A stretch of 32,000 nucleotides of DNA from Desulfotalea psychrophila LSv54 (GTDB lineage: Bacteria; Desulfobacterota; Desulfobulbia; Desulfobulbales; Desulfocapsaceae). Positions 8,936-17,640 of this stretch are shown piece by piece; the stretch's first letter is position 1, and every line of letters starts with the position of its first letter. The translations under genes were made by a program, and so were the position numbers. The stretch covers positions 1 through 32,000 of the forward strand of contig NC_006138.1 in assembly GCF_000025945.1 (NCBI RefSeq), read 5' to 3'. Below the pieces are notes generated by a model. The model was not told the DNA's origin, made no database searches, and saw nothing but the letters and a program-made list of their open reading frames with translations.

Positions 8936-10249
8936 ATGTCAGCAATTAGCGAAGATAGCGTATTCACCTCCCTCAAACAAGAGGGCCCTCTGGCAGTACC
9001 AAAATCTGTTGTCATAGATAAAACATTCAGCCCTGAATCACGGCTGTGGGTGAAAAATATCTGTACCAGTAGCACCCATATCACAAAATATCGCGCCCTC
9101 AGAAGCCAAATATTTGCCCTGCTCAACATCAGCCACTTCAAAGAGATAGAGGCCCTGATCAAGACCCCCCAATGCCAACAGGAAAAAAGCCAACGGGCCT
9201 ACTCATTACTGGCCAATATGTTTGACATGCAGGGTTCCAATCGGGAAATAGAGGCCCGGGTCAATGAATATGCCAGAACAGCCGATGCGGTGGTCAACTC
9301 CCTGAAAGAAAAAATCCTCGCCCCCTATACCGCTTATATTGCCACCACCAATGAAATAGCGGTGGTTAACAATCCCATCGAACTGATTCTGATCATGTTT
9401 AACGATCGCTATCACCGCAAGGCTCGATTTGAGGCCCGACGCAAACTGGTACTGATGAGTCTTGCCGGAAGCATCGACCAACGGGAGCGTGAAACAAAAA
9501 TTGAAGATAAATTTTCAAAATTTCTGAATTTTCTCAACTGTTATGTCTGGAGCAAAAAACAAAAAATAGGTGAGCACGACATTGCCTTCCTTCACTCCAT
9601 CCACAGGGAAGACAATTTTAGCTGTAGCAGCGTCAAGGTGATTTCCCCCAAGGAACTGAAGAACTATTCCACTGGCAAGGGCATCAAGCAGACCCTGCTC
9701 AAGAGGAGAAGATTTACCGTACGGGACAAAGATATTCCTATCCATGTATCTGTACGCAAAAAACCACCTGAGGCCAAGGTACTCAAACTGCTCAGAAAGA
9801 ACCAAAAAAACCCTGCTGTTGCCGTAGATGATGAGCTCGGGCTTATGGCAGTGCTGGATTCCATGGCAGATATCAAGACCTTCCAAAACCATCTGACCCA
9901 AAGTGCAGCAGAGGCCAATTCCTTCCTGGCACTGGAAAACATTTCTGACTCACTCAGCGAAAATTCTCTCTACAGATCGCATGCAATTGGCTCGAGCAAC
10001 AAGACCCCTATGATGAAATTTTTTGCTCGTCTTGGTGGCATGCGGGTAGAGTTTATCATCCATACCAACAAATCCTGGCTTAACTATATGTACCAAAAGG
10101 ATGTGGCCCACGACGAGTATGAGGTCAAAAGATTTTTTGACTCCGGAGTAGCCGAGCTTCTCTTTCCCAGGAAAATATTTCACCTTGATCACGGCAAAAT
10201 CCGCAACGAAATGATCCAGCTCTTCCGACAACACATAGAGGGAGAATAA
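8936..10249 (+). CDS. Uncharacterised protein, possibly with a divergent RelA/SpoT-like nucleotidyltransferase domain in its C-terminal half
   Basis: Long ORF with an AAAAGGAC ribosome-binding site before ATG 8936. HVSVRKKPPEAKVLKLLRKNQKNPAVAVDDELGLMAVLDSMADIKTFQNHL resembles the RSH synthetase core (GRxKxPxSIxxKLxRK...DlxGiRvlvdSxxD), and MRVEFIIHTNKSWLNYMYQKDVAHDEYE resembles the later VEIQIRT...AHwxYK segment. Confidence 0.8.
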   Translation: MSAISEDSVFTSLKQEGPLAVPKSVVIDKTFSPESRLWVKNICTSSTHITKYRALRSQIFALLNISHFKEIEALIKTPQCQQEKSQRAYSLLANMFDMQGSNREIEARVNEYARTADAVVNSLKEKILAPYTAYIATTNEIAVVNNPIELILIMFNDRYHRKARFEARRKLVLMSLAGSIDQRERETKIEDKFSKFLNFLNCYVWSKKQKIGEHDIAFLHSIHREDNFSCSSVKVISPKELKNYSTGKGIKQTLLKRRRFTVRDKDIPIHVSVRKKPPEAKVLKLLRKNQKNPAVAVDDELGLMAVLDSMADIKTFQNHLTQSAAEANSFLALENISDSLSENSLYRSHAIGSSNKTPMMKFFARLGGMRVEFIIHTNKSWLNYMYQKDVAHDEYEVKRFFDSGVAELLFPRKIFHLDHGKIRNEMIQLFRQHIEGE

Positions 10250-10334
10250 AGCGGCAAAAAACAAAAAGCTGTAGCAGTGAAGCGTTAGCGGAATGGCAAG
10301 ACTTGAGCTATCAGAAAATGCAACGGCAAGGGCG

Positions 10335-10385
10335 GTTAACCACAGAGGGTGGGAGAACACGGAGGAAAACTTTTTAGATAAAGGA
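10335..10385 (+). repeat. Family A dispersed repeat, plus orientation
   Basis: GTTAACCACAGAGGGTGGGAGAACACGGAGGAAAACTTTTTAGATAAAGGAC. Confidence 0.85.
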
Positions 10386-10498
10386 CGGAAAGATAGCAGT
10401 AGAGCGTAGCAGGTAGGATGAGATATAGTTAGAAAATATTTCCTCAGAAGAAATGCCTGTTAATTATTTAATAATGCTTAAAAAACATGGCAAGAGTC

Positions 10499-10538
10499 GC
10501 TCCTCCTCTTGGTAAGGGGAGGCGGGGGTGGGGTTTGT
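10499..10538 (+). repeat. Left inverted repeat flanking the DUF559 gene
   Basis: GCTCCTCCTCTTGGTAAGGGGAGGCGGGGGTGGGGTTTGT. 34 of 40 aligned positions match the reverse complement of 11123..11161, with one gap. Confidence 0.85.
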
Positions 10539-10617
10539 CGCTTTTCCCGCAAGTACGGAACTAGCATGAACAAAAAATTTTCATAGACTAAACTCGCTGA
10601 TTGCAAAGCAAAGAATC

Positions 10618-11034
10618 CTATTTTTGTTGTAGTAATTCGACTTTAGTAGCAATATTTTCTGCAACTGCAAGACCGTTGTTGAGGACATCGACGTTTGTGT
10701 AGTGGAGAATGGTGAGGCCAAGTGATTTGAGAAAATCTTCGCGCTGTTGATCATGTTCAACGGCACCTGATTGGAAATGACTATCGCCATCTACCTCAAT
10801 GACAAGTTTGAGTTCATGACAGTAGAAGTCGACTACGTATCTGCCGATGCTATGTTGGCGACGAAACTTGCAACCGCAACCTTTTCGCCTGAGGTAAAGC
10901 CAGAGCCCTCTTTCCGATGGCGTGAGATTGTTGCGAAGCTTTTGTCGGAGGGTTTTATGCTTTTTGAGTGTGAAGGCTCTTTTGCTTGTTGTCATTTTCT
11001 TTTTAGCATAACACTCTTTTACGAGATGTGGCAA
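10618..11034 (-). CDS. DUF559 / Vsr-like endonuclease-domain protein
   Basis: LRQKLRNNLTPSERGLWLYLRRK...GCKFRRQHSIGRYVVDFYCHELKLVIEVDGDSH is the DUF559 signature. An internal ATG at 10992 is an alternative start. Confidence 0.9.
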   Translation of the reverse strand: MPHLVKECYAKKKMTTSKRAFTLKKHKTLRQKLRNNLTPSERGLWLYLRRKGCGCKFRRQHSIGRYVVDFYCHELKLVIEVDGDSHFQSGAVEHDQQREDFLKSLGLTILHYTNVDVLNNGLAVAENIATKVELLQQK

Positions 11035-11122
11035 ATGGCTTTTTTATGCCTTTAAAAGAGTGTTTTTTGGCATGATTTTCTAGGCAAGGCTGTTTTAGTA
11101 AATTGATTTTACTTGTTAATGC

Positions 11123-11161
11123 ACAAACCCCATCCAACTTCCCCTTACCAAGAGGAAGAGC
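11123..11161 (-). repeat. Right inverted repeat flanking the DUF559 gene
   Basis: ACAAACCCCATCCAACTTCCCCTTACCAAGAGGAAGAGC, the inverse of 10499..10538. Confidence 0.85.
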
Positions 11162-11215
11162 TGTAGCAGTGGAGTAGCAGCGAAGCGGCGGCAGTGAAGC
11201 ATAGCGGAGTGGCGA
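11159..11215 (+). repeat. Family B dispersed repeat
   Basis: AGCTGTAGCAGTGGAGTAGCAGCGAAGCGGCGGCAGTGAAGCATAGCGGAGTGGCGA. Similar to 10267..10300, 12329..12360 and 26197..26228. Confidence 0.75.
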
Positions 11216-11338
11216 CTGCCTAACAGATTTAAATCGAGAGGAAAAGTTGCAGACAGAACCCTGAGATAATGTTATTTAAAATTACAAGCTAACAAACCAC
11301 AATAAATTAACAGCACCACTTCAAAAGACAATACGCTC

Positions 11339-12304
11339 ATGCCAAAGCTCTCATTCATCATCCCCCTGTACAATGCAGAAAAGTTCATTGAAAAGTGTCT
11401 ATTAAGTATATTACAGCAGAACGTCCCCATTCAAGACTATGAAATAATTGTCGTTAACGATGGGACAAAGGATGATAGCCGCAAAATAGTCTCGGAAATG
11501 CAAGAAAAATTCTCAAACATCAAGATCATAGACCAAGAGAACAGTGGGCCGAGCGTCACACGTAACAGAGGACTTCGTGTTGCGACGGGTGAGTATGTCT
11601 GGTTCATAGACTCTGATGACTACATCATCGATAACTCCTTACAAGAACTCCTGGATATTTTAACAATGCCCTCACCTGACATACTTTATATAGGCTATAA
11701 AAAAGTATATGAAAACAAGAGGGACGAAAAAGGCACAGGAGAACGTAATGGCACAGCACAGCCCTACACCAATCATCAATTCTTAAAAAAATTCAAATCG
11801 TTCCCGCCAATGGTCTGGCTATATATCTACAGACGAACCATGCTCACAGAGAACAGGCTCTCTTTTCCGGAAGGAATAATGCATGAGGATGAAGAATTTA
11901 CCCCCAAGGCCCTCTTCTTTGCAAAAAAAATAATTCACTTCAACAGGGCAATATACTGCTATCTGAAGAGAGAGGCATCCATAACAAGTAGTCCATGGAA
12001 CCCTCTCATCGACATAAATTCAAAGTATGAAATTTGTCATTCACTGGCAGAATTTTCCAAGGCTCATAGCGACTCAAGAGACATTTGGCAGTCATACTTC
12101 TCCCGCAAAACAAACAGATTAGCCATAAACGTTCTAGATCTGTGCATAGCACACAACAAACCGAAACTGTTTAAAGAAAAACTTGCTCAACTCAAAAGAA
12201 ACAGGCTTTACCCCCTGCAAGCCAAGGCATCCCTCGGAATAAAGGACTACCTCTACGCACGATACAAAATGATCCAGTTCAACAGATACCTTAAACGAAA
12301 TTAA
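11339..12304 (+). CDS. Glycosyltransferase family 2
   Basis: LSFIIPLYNAEKFIEKCLLSILQQ...EIIVVNDGTKDDS...ENSGPSVTRNRGL...YVWFIDSDDYI. Confidence 0.95.
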   Translation: MPKLSFIIPLYNAEKFIEKCLLSILQQNVPIQDYEIIVVNDGTKDDSRKIVSEMQEKFSNIKIIDQENSGPSVTRNRGLRVATGEYVWFIDSDDYIIDNSLQELLDILTMPSPDILYIGYKKVYENKRDEKGTGERNGTAQPYTNHQFLKKFKSFPPMVWLYIYRRTMLTENRLSFPEGIMHEDEEFTPKALFFAKKIIHFNRAIYCYLKREASITSSPWNPLIDINSKYEICHSLAEFSKAHSDSRDIWQSYFSRKTNRLAINVLDLCIAHNKPKLFKEKLAQLKRNRLYPLQAKASLGIKDYLYARYKMIQFNRYLKRN

Positions 12305-12328
12305 CAGGGCTCACTAAGATCAAGGAGG

Positions 12329-12660
12329 AGCTATAGCAGTGGAGCACCGCAGAATGGCGAGCCGACAGCTAATAGCTTACAGCTTACAGCTTCTTTTCTC
12401 TCTTTGTGTCCTTGGCTGCCGTGGTTAATCGTTTTTCCGCCACGCTCCACTGCTCAGCTTTTTACCAAAAAACTAGCTCTTTGCTCTTTAATTCATTCCC
12501 TCTGTGTCCTCTGCGACCTCTGTGGTCAACTTTTTCGCTTTTAGGCAGTCGCCACTCCGCTCTGCTTCGCTGCTGCAGTTTACCAAAAAATCTCTGTGTC
12601 CTCTGTGGTTAACTTTTTTTACTTTTTACTTTTCGCCACTTCGCTGCTACTGACAGCTGA
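12329..12660. repeat. Intergenic repeat patch: family B (+), then family A (-) at 12421, 12522 and 12605 with interleaved family B (-)
   Basis: AGCTATAGCAGTGGAGCACCGCAGAATGGCGA, then GTGGTTAAT, GTGGTCAAC and GTGGTTAAC preceded by CTCTGTG words. Confidence 0.8.
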
Positions 12661-12671
12661 CAACTCCAATC

Positions 12672-14015
12672 TTAAAGCTTTTTCCTGCAACTCCTACCCC
12701 GACCAATTCCATAATAGGCAAGGCCAGCATCCTCCACCCGGGAAGGTTCATAGAGATTACGTCCGTCAAAAATCACCCTATCCCTCAGCTTTTCCTGAAG
12801 CATAGAAAAGTCTGGAACCCGGAAGTCTTTCCATTCGGTGACAATGACCAGGGCATCGGCACCTACTACAGCCTCATCCTTACTGGCAACAATCTCCAGA
12901 TCAGCACGCATCCCGTAAAGACGAAGGGCCTCGTCCATCGCCTCTGGATCATAGGCCCGAACACGTGCTCCCGCCTGCCAAAGTCGTTCCATCAGGACCC
13001 GACTCGACGCCTCACGCATATCATCGGTATTGGGTTTAAAGGAGAGGCCCCAAAGAGCAAAGGTCTTGCCGGCAATGTCATCACCATAGTGGCAGGTAAT
13101 ATGCTGATAGAGCTTTTGTTTCTGCTGGAAATTAACCTGTTCAACGGCCTGAAGAATCTGGGCATGATAGCCAACCTCTCGCCCAGACCTCTCCAGGGCA
13201 CGCACATCTTTAGGAAAACAGGATCCACCATAACCACAGCCCGGATAGATAAACTGATAGCCAATACGAGAGTCCGAACCAATGCCCCGGCGTACCTCCT
13301 CGATATCCACCTCCATCCTTTCGGCCAGATGAGACATCTCATTCATAAAAGATATCTTGGTGGCAAGGAGACAATTGGCCGCATATTTGGTGAACTCAGC
13401 ACTGCGCACATCCATAACCATTATCTTGTCACGATTACGGTTGAATGGCTCGTAGAGTTCACGCATAAGGGTCTCTGCCTGGGGGCTCTCGGTACCAATG
13501 ATGATACGTTCAGGCCGCATGCAATCTTCAAGGGCAGAACCCTCTTTTAAAAATTCCGGATTGGACAATACCTGAAATGGTAGTTCCTGCCCACGTCTGG
13601 TAAGCAGATCCTGCACATGGGCACGCACCTTATCGGCTGTACCAACGGGGACAGTTGATTTATTGACAATGATCTTTTCATCGGACATCAGGGAAGCAAT
13701 GGTACCAGCAACCCCAAGCACATACTGCAGATCCGCACTGCCATCCTCACCCGGAGGTGTACCCACGGCTATAAACTGGATGGTGGCATGATCGACCCCA
13801 AGGGCCGCATCGGTACTAAAGCGGAGACGAGCGACCTCGCAATTTTTAAGTACCAGTTCCTGAAGTCCAGGTTCGAAGATAGGGATAATCCCCTGCTGGA
13901 GACCAGCAATTTTCGCAGCATCAACGTCGACACAACAGACATCATGACCACAGTCTGCCAAAGCCACCGCCTGCACCAAGCCCACATAACCTACTCCAAA
14001 AACCGTTACCTTCAT
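12672..14015 (-). CDS. ugd: UDP-glucose 6-dehydrogenase
   Basis: MKVTVFGVGYVGLVQAVALADCGHDV, GTPPGEDGSADLQYV, NPEFLKEGSA and YPGCGYGGSCFPKDV motifs. Confidence 0.96.
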   Translation of the reverse strand: MKVTVFGVGYVGLVQAVALADCGHDVCCVDVDAAKIAGLQQGIIPIFEPGLQELVLKNCEVARLRFSTDAALGVDHATIQFIAVGTPPGEDGSADLQYVLGVAGTIASLMSDEKIIVNKSTVPVGTADKVRAHVQDLLTRRGQELPFQVLSNPEFLKEGSALEDCMRPERIIIGTESPQAETLMRELYEPFNRNRDKIMVMDVRSAEFTKYAANCLLATKISFMNEMSHLAERMEVDIEEVRRGIGSDSRIGYQFIYPGCGYGGSCFPKDVRALERSGREVGYHAQILQAVEQVNFQQKQKLYQHITCHYGDDIAGKTFALWGLSFKPNTDDMREASSRVLMERLWQAGARVRAYDPEAMDEALRLYGMRADLEIVASKDEAVVGADALVIVTEWKDFRVPDFSMLQEKLRDRVIFDGRNLYEPSRVEDAGLAYYGIGRGRSCRKKL

Positions 14016-14040
14016 AAAAGCCTCACAAAAAATGATAAAA

Positions 14041-14115
14041 GATACGAGATACGAGATACGAGAAAGAACAGTTAACCACTGCTTATGAGAACACAGAGTT
14101 TTTTTAGATAAAGGT
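14041..14115 (+). repeat. Three GATACGA heptamers directly followed by a family A copy
   Basis: GATACGAGATACGAGATACGAG at 14041, then GTTAACCACTGCTTATGAGAACACAGAGTTTTTTAGATAAAGG from 14071. Confidence 0.85.
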
Positions 14116-14204
14116 CGAGAGCAAAGGGCAGAAAGCTTGAAGCTGTCAGCTATCAGCTATCAGCTACCAGCTACCAGCTACCTTTAACTGACAGCTAGCC
14201 TTTC

Positions 14205-15249
14205 TTACTGTTTTCTTCCCAACATCCCAGCAATATCACCCTTCAACACCTGAAAGTACGCGTATATTTCACAAGCAGCATTTTCTGTAAAGACAGGCTC
14301 CTTTAAAAACTTTTCCCGAACCGTCTCCTCCCTATATATTTTCTCGATAAGGGCTAACGACTCTCGATTATCCGAGTCTAACTGCCAAAAGATAATTCGC
14401 CGAGGATTCAACACCCCCGGTTCAGGTTCAGCCCCCCCCCAATAAACAGGAATTGCTCCAGCCTCAATTGCCTCAAATATCTTTTCTGTGACATAGCCCT
14501 TAGCCGGTGAGTTCTCAGGACAGATATTAAACAAAAATTGCTGTAAATACTCCTTTCTTATTATCAGCAAAGGCCACCCGCAACGATTCATCATTATGAC
14601 ATAAATCTCCAGCACAGGCAACGGGCGCAATAGTCGAAATGGCTGCCACCACATCTGACCTGCGTAAAGAAAAACCATCGTGGCGAGCAACTAAGGCAGC
14701 AAACTTATTTTTTTTCCCATGGCTCTGCGCCTCAATTTCAGCCAAACGCTGCCTGATATCTTCCAGGGAGGCGTTCACTGCAAATTCTGGGCTGAAAATA
14801 TAGGTTAACCACAGAGGAAAACGACGATATCCCGGCCGTTCATCATAATCAAACCCCATGGCAAGGGTGGGGAGACCTTGAAGATAATCCTTATATTGGC
14901 GATGATAGGGCAGATGTAGATTCTCTCCTGAAAAAAAGAGCGAGGGTACAGTACACACCCTGAGCAGAAGTCGAGTTAAAGCAAAGTCGGTAAAGAGAGA
15001 GACGAGCAACAGCTGAGGCCTATACCACGATACGACAATTTTTTCCCCGATACTTTCTTGGCAAAAACGAAAAAACCAACTGCGGGAGGGAGCATCTTTT
15101 TCCTTAAAATGATTGCCAAAAACTGCAATTCGTACCGAACTATCAGCCCCCTTTCTCCCCAGAAAATCCCCTGCTACCGACAGCAGAAGGGATAATCCTC
15201 CGCCAATACGTTTTTCCCACTTCTTCCAAATTGACCAAATTTTTTTCAT
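14205..15249 (-). pseudogene. Frameshifted GT10 alpha-1,3-fucosyltransferase-like gene
   Basis: Two overlapping ORFs (14527..15324 and 14205..14690) hold the N- and C-terminal halves of one GT10 protein. The C-terminal half contains FLFNICPENSPAKGYVTEKIFEAIEAGAIPVYWGG. The frame change falls near 14530-14565. Confidence 0.8.
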
Positions 15250-15363
15250 TATAACCCCACAAAGAGCAAGTGCACTTTGCCAATACCAAGAACTCTTACA
15301 GGAAGAACGGCAATCACACACCACATAACGACCGCAAACTCACAAACCGTCTGACCGAACGCT

Positions 15364-17433
15364 CTACATAGGAACTATGTCCTCTTGCAGCGAACATGTC
15401 CCCTCACTCTCATTTTGGAAAATCTGCTCAAACATCGGCTGCAAAAACTGACTTCCATACTCACTCAGGTGATCTGCATCCGAATATAAAGATCGACCAT
15501 CTTTGCTACCATAGCAGTTTTCAGCATCACAAAAAGCGGGCAATGGATTTAAAATATGAACCCCACACTCTTGCACAGCTCGATCCTGGGCCTCTAGAAC
15601 CAAGCTATTACGTGAATAATACTTCTCCAGGGGGAGAACAACCCGCAGCTCCTCTCCCCGTAATATTTGTTGAGCCAAGGTTTTAGGGACATGAACGCCC
15701 ATGGCAGGAACTGGCCTGACAAGATACACTTCCCTTGTTTTTGCCAACATACAGGCCGTCTCAACAATTTTAGTTTGATACTCTTGTTGAAACCATTTTT
15801 CATCAGCAGATTGCGGAGAACGAGATATAAAGCCCAATGGCTGAGCCACACCACTGCTCCCGACTTCTCCCAAGAGGTACAGAGATGATCTATTGACAAT
15901 AACAAGAGGTATATCTCTGGATATTTTATCTATATTAGCAAACGCCCAATTATTAAAATCCAAACATTGGGAAACTCCATTTCGCTTAAATCCCTTAATT
16001 GTTGGGCAACCAGACATTCCCCAAAACAGTACGCCCTTACCATGTGCCTTCGCCGCTCCACCAAAAGAACGAGCAACAGCACCCGCATGACTATCCCCCA
16101 TTAAAATAGCCCCAACACTCTCACCTCCGTAAACACATCCCGGTGAACCTGCTCCCGTTGCAGCTTCAAAGCACTCTTCACGCCGTGGATCGCGGTTATC
16201 AATCTCGCCAAGAGCGGCCGCGCTTTCCCGTACAAAAGAGAGTAAACGATTCTGCGGCAATACCGAAACCTTAGCATGGATAATAACACTGAATAAGATC
16301 ACCATGCATACACCAGGCACAAGAGTATATCGTTCTCGAAAAATGCCTCCCCTTGCCAAATACAGGCGACAGGGATTCTCAACAAAAGAGTAGGAGATGC
16401 TTGCAAGAACAAAGCTCAGAACAACAAAAAACATTGTCCAAAGCACATGGCCATCAACTCCCAAAAAGTACGCGACGACAACCAGAGGCCAATGATAAAG
16501 ATACACAGAGTAAGATCGCGCGCCAATCCACTGCACAACTCTATTGCTGATGAAACAAGCGTCATGACGAGCGTATATAATAAGCATGGTCGCAACAACA
16601 GGAAGAGCGGCCAAATACCCGGGCCAGAGAAAATTTTCTCGGAAAAGAAAGGCACAGGTAGCCAAAGAGCCCCAACCAAGAAAAGATACAAAGCGTGAAT
16701 ACCTTCCTGCACAGCAAAAGCGATCATCAAGATAAAAAACAATCCCACCGGCAAGCATCTCCCACACCCGGGTAGGCAAGAGATAAAAGCTCGCCACAGG
16801 AGCACTTCTGCTCAATATTACGCAAGAAAAAAAAGAGCAAACAAAGAGCAGGATAATGACAACAAGACCAGAATCAAATTTGTAGCCAAAAGCTGATATC
16901 CCCTTCCGCCAAAATCGGTACAACAGTACTAAAACTACAGGAAACAAAAGATAAAACTGCCACTCCACGGAAAGTGACCAGGTATGTAGCAACCACTTCT
17001 CCTGAGAATCCGTGTCAAAGTAACCATTTTTTCCCCAATAATAAACATTTGAGAAGAACAACAGGGCATTTGTTGCTTCAGAACTAAGCTCTTTATAGTT
17101 CCCCTGTGGTAAAAAGAAGTAGCCAAAAAACAAAAGCAGGGCCACAAGAACCAAAAGGGCCGGAACAATTCTTCTCGCACGAGACAGGTAGAAATATCTC
17201 AAAGAAAAGGTTTCATTTTTTATCCCTGTCACAATAATTTTTGTCATCAAAAAGCCAGAGATGACAAAAAAGACATCTACACCGATAAAGCCGCCCTTAA
17301 GATGCAAAAAACCAAAATGATAAAAAACGACAAACAAAACAGCACAGGCACGTAGCCCATTTATATCTGGCCTAAATCCATTTGCACTCCGCCGACCTTT
17401 AATACTTTCTCCCAAAACCCTTTCTCCTAACAT
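15364..17433 (-). CDS. Acyltransferase 3 (OafA/YrhL-like) with C-terminal SGNH domain, putative polysaccharide O-acyltransferase
   Basis: FRPDINGLRACAVLFVVFYHFG...GGFIGVDVFFVISGFLMT, 10-TM profile, AILMGDSHAGA SGNH block I and YSDADHLSEYGS. Confidence 0.93.
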   Translation of the reverse strand: MLGERVLGESIKGRRSANGFRPDINGLRACAVLFVVFYHFGFLHLKGGFIGVDVFFVISGFLMTKIIVTGIKNETFSLRYFYLSRARRIVPALLVLVALLLFFGYFFLPQGNYKELSSEATNALLFFSNVYYWGKNGYFDTDSQEKWLLHTWSLSVEWQFYLLFPVVLVLLYRFWRKGISAFGYKFDSGLVVIILLFVCSFFSCVILSRSAPVASFYLLPTRVWEMLAGGIVFYLDDRFCCAGRYSRFVSFLGWGSLATCAFLFRENFLWPGYLAALPVVATMLIIYARHDACFISNRVVQWIGARSYSVYLYHWPLVVVAYFLGVDGHVLWTMFFVVLSFVLASISYSFVENPCRLYLARGGIFRERYTLVPGVCMVILFSVIIHAKVSVLPQNRLLSFVRESAAALGEIDNRDPRREECFEAATGAGSPGCVYGGESVGAILMGDSHAGAVARSFGGAAKAHGKGVLFWGMSGCPTIKGFKRNGVSQCLDFNNWAFANIDKISRDIPLVIVNRSSLYLLGEVGSSGVAQPLGFISRSPQSADEKWFQQEYQTKIVETACMLAKTREVYLVRPVPAMGVHVPKTLAQQILRGEELRVVLPLEKYYSRNSLVLEAQDRAVQECGVHILNPLPAFCDAENCYGSKDGRSLYSDADHLSEYGSQFLQPMFEQIFQNESEGTCSLQEDIVPM

Positions 17434-17640
17434 AAGGCAACACTTAATGAGACTTTATCAGAGGACCTGACAAAATATGCAAATTTAACAAGGTAAACTA
17501 TTGACATCATTTCAATCTCTTCCGTATTCCACCTAAACAATTCCCCTACATATTACCAATTTTATGCATACATTAGGGGGTAAATATCCTTAAACACCCT
17601 GCAATTTTTTAACAACGAGGTTCCACAATACAGAACCACA

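Noticed and set aside
14804-14817. GTTAACCACAGAGG, a family A core, inside the fucosyltransferase remnant
   Set aside because: It encodes FPLWLTYIFSP in the GT10 frame, which looks like native family sequence, and the ACACAGAG and TTTTAGGTAAA boxes are missing. Probably a coding coincidence, so not counted as a repeat copy.
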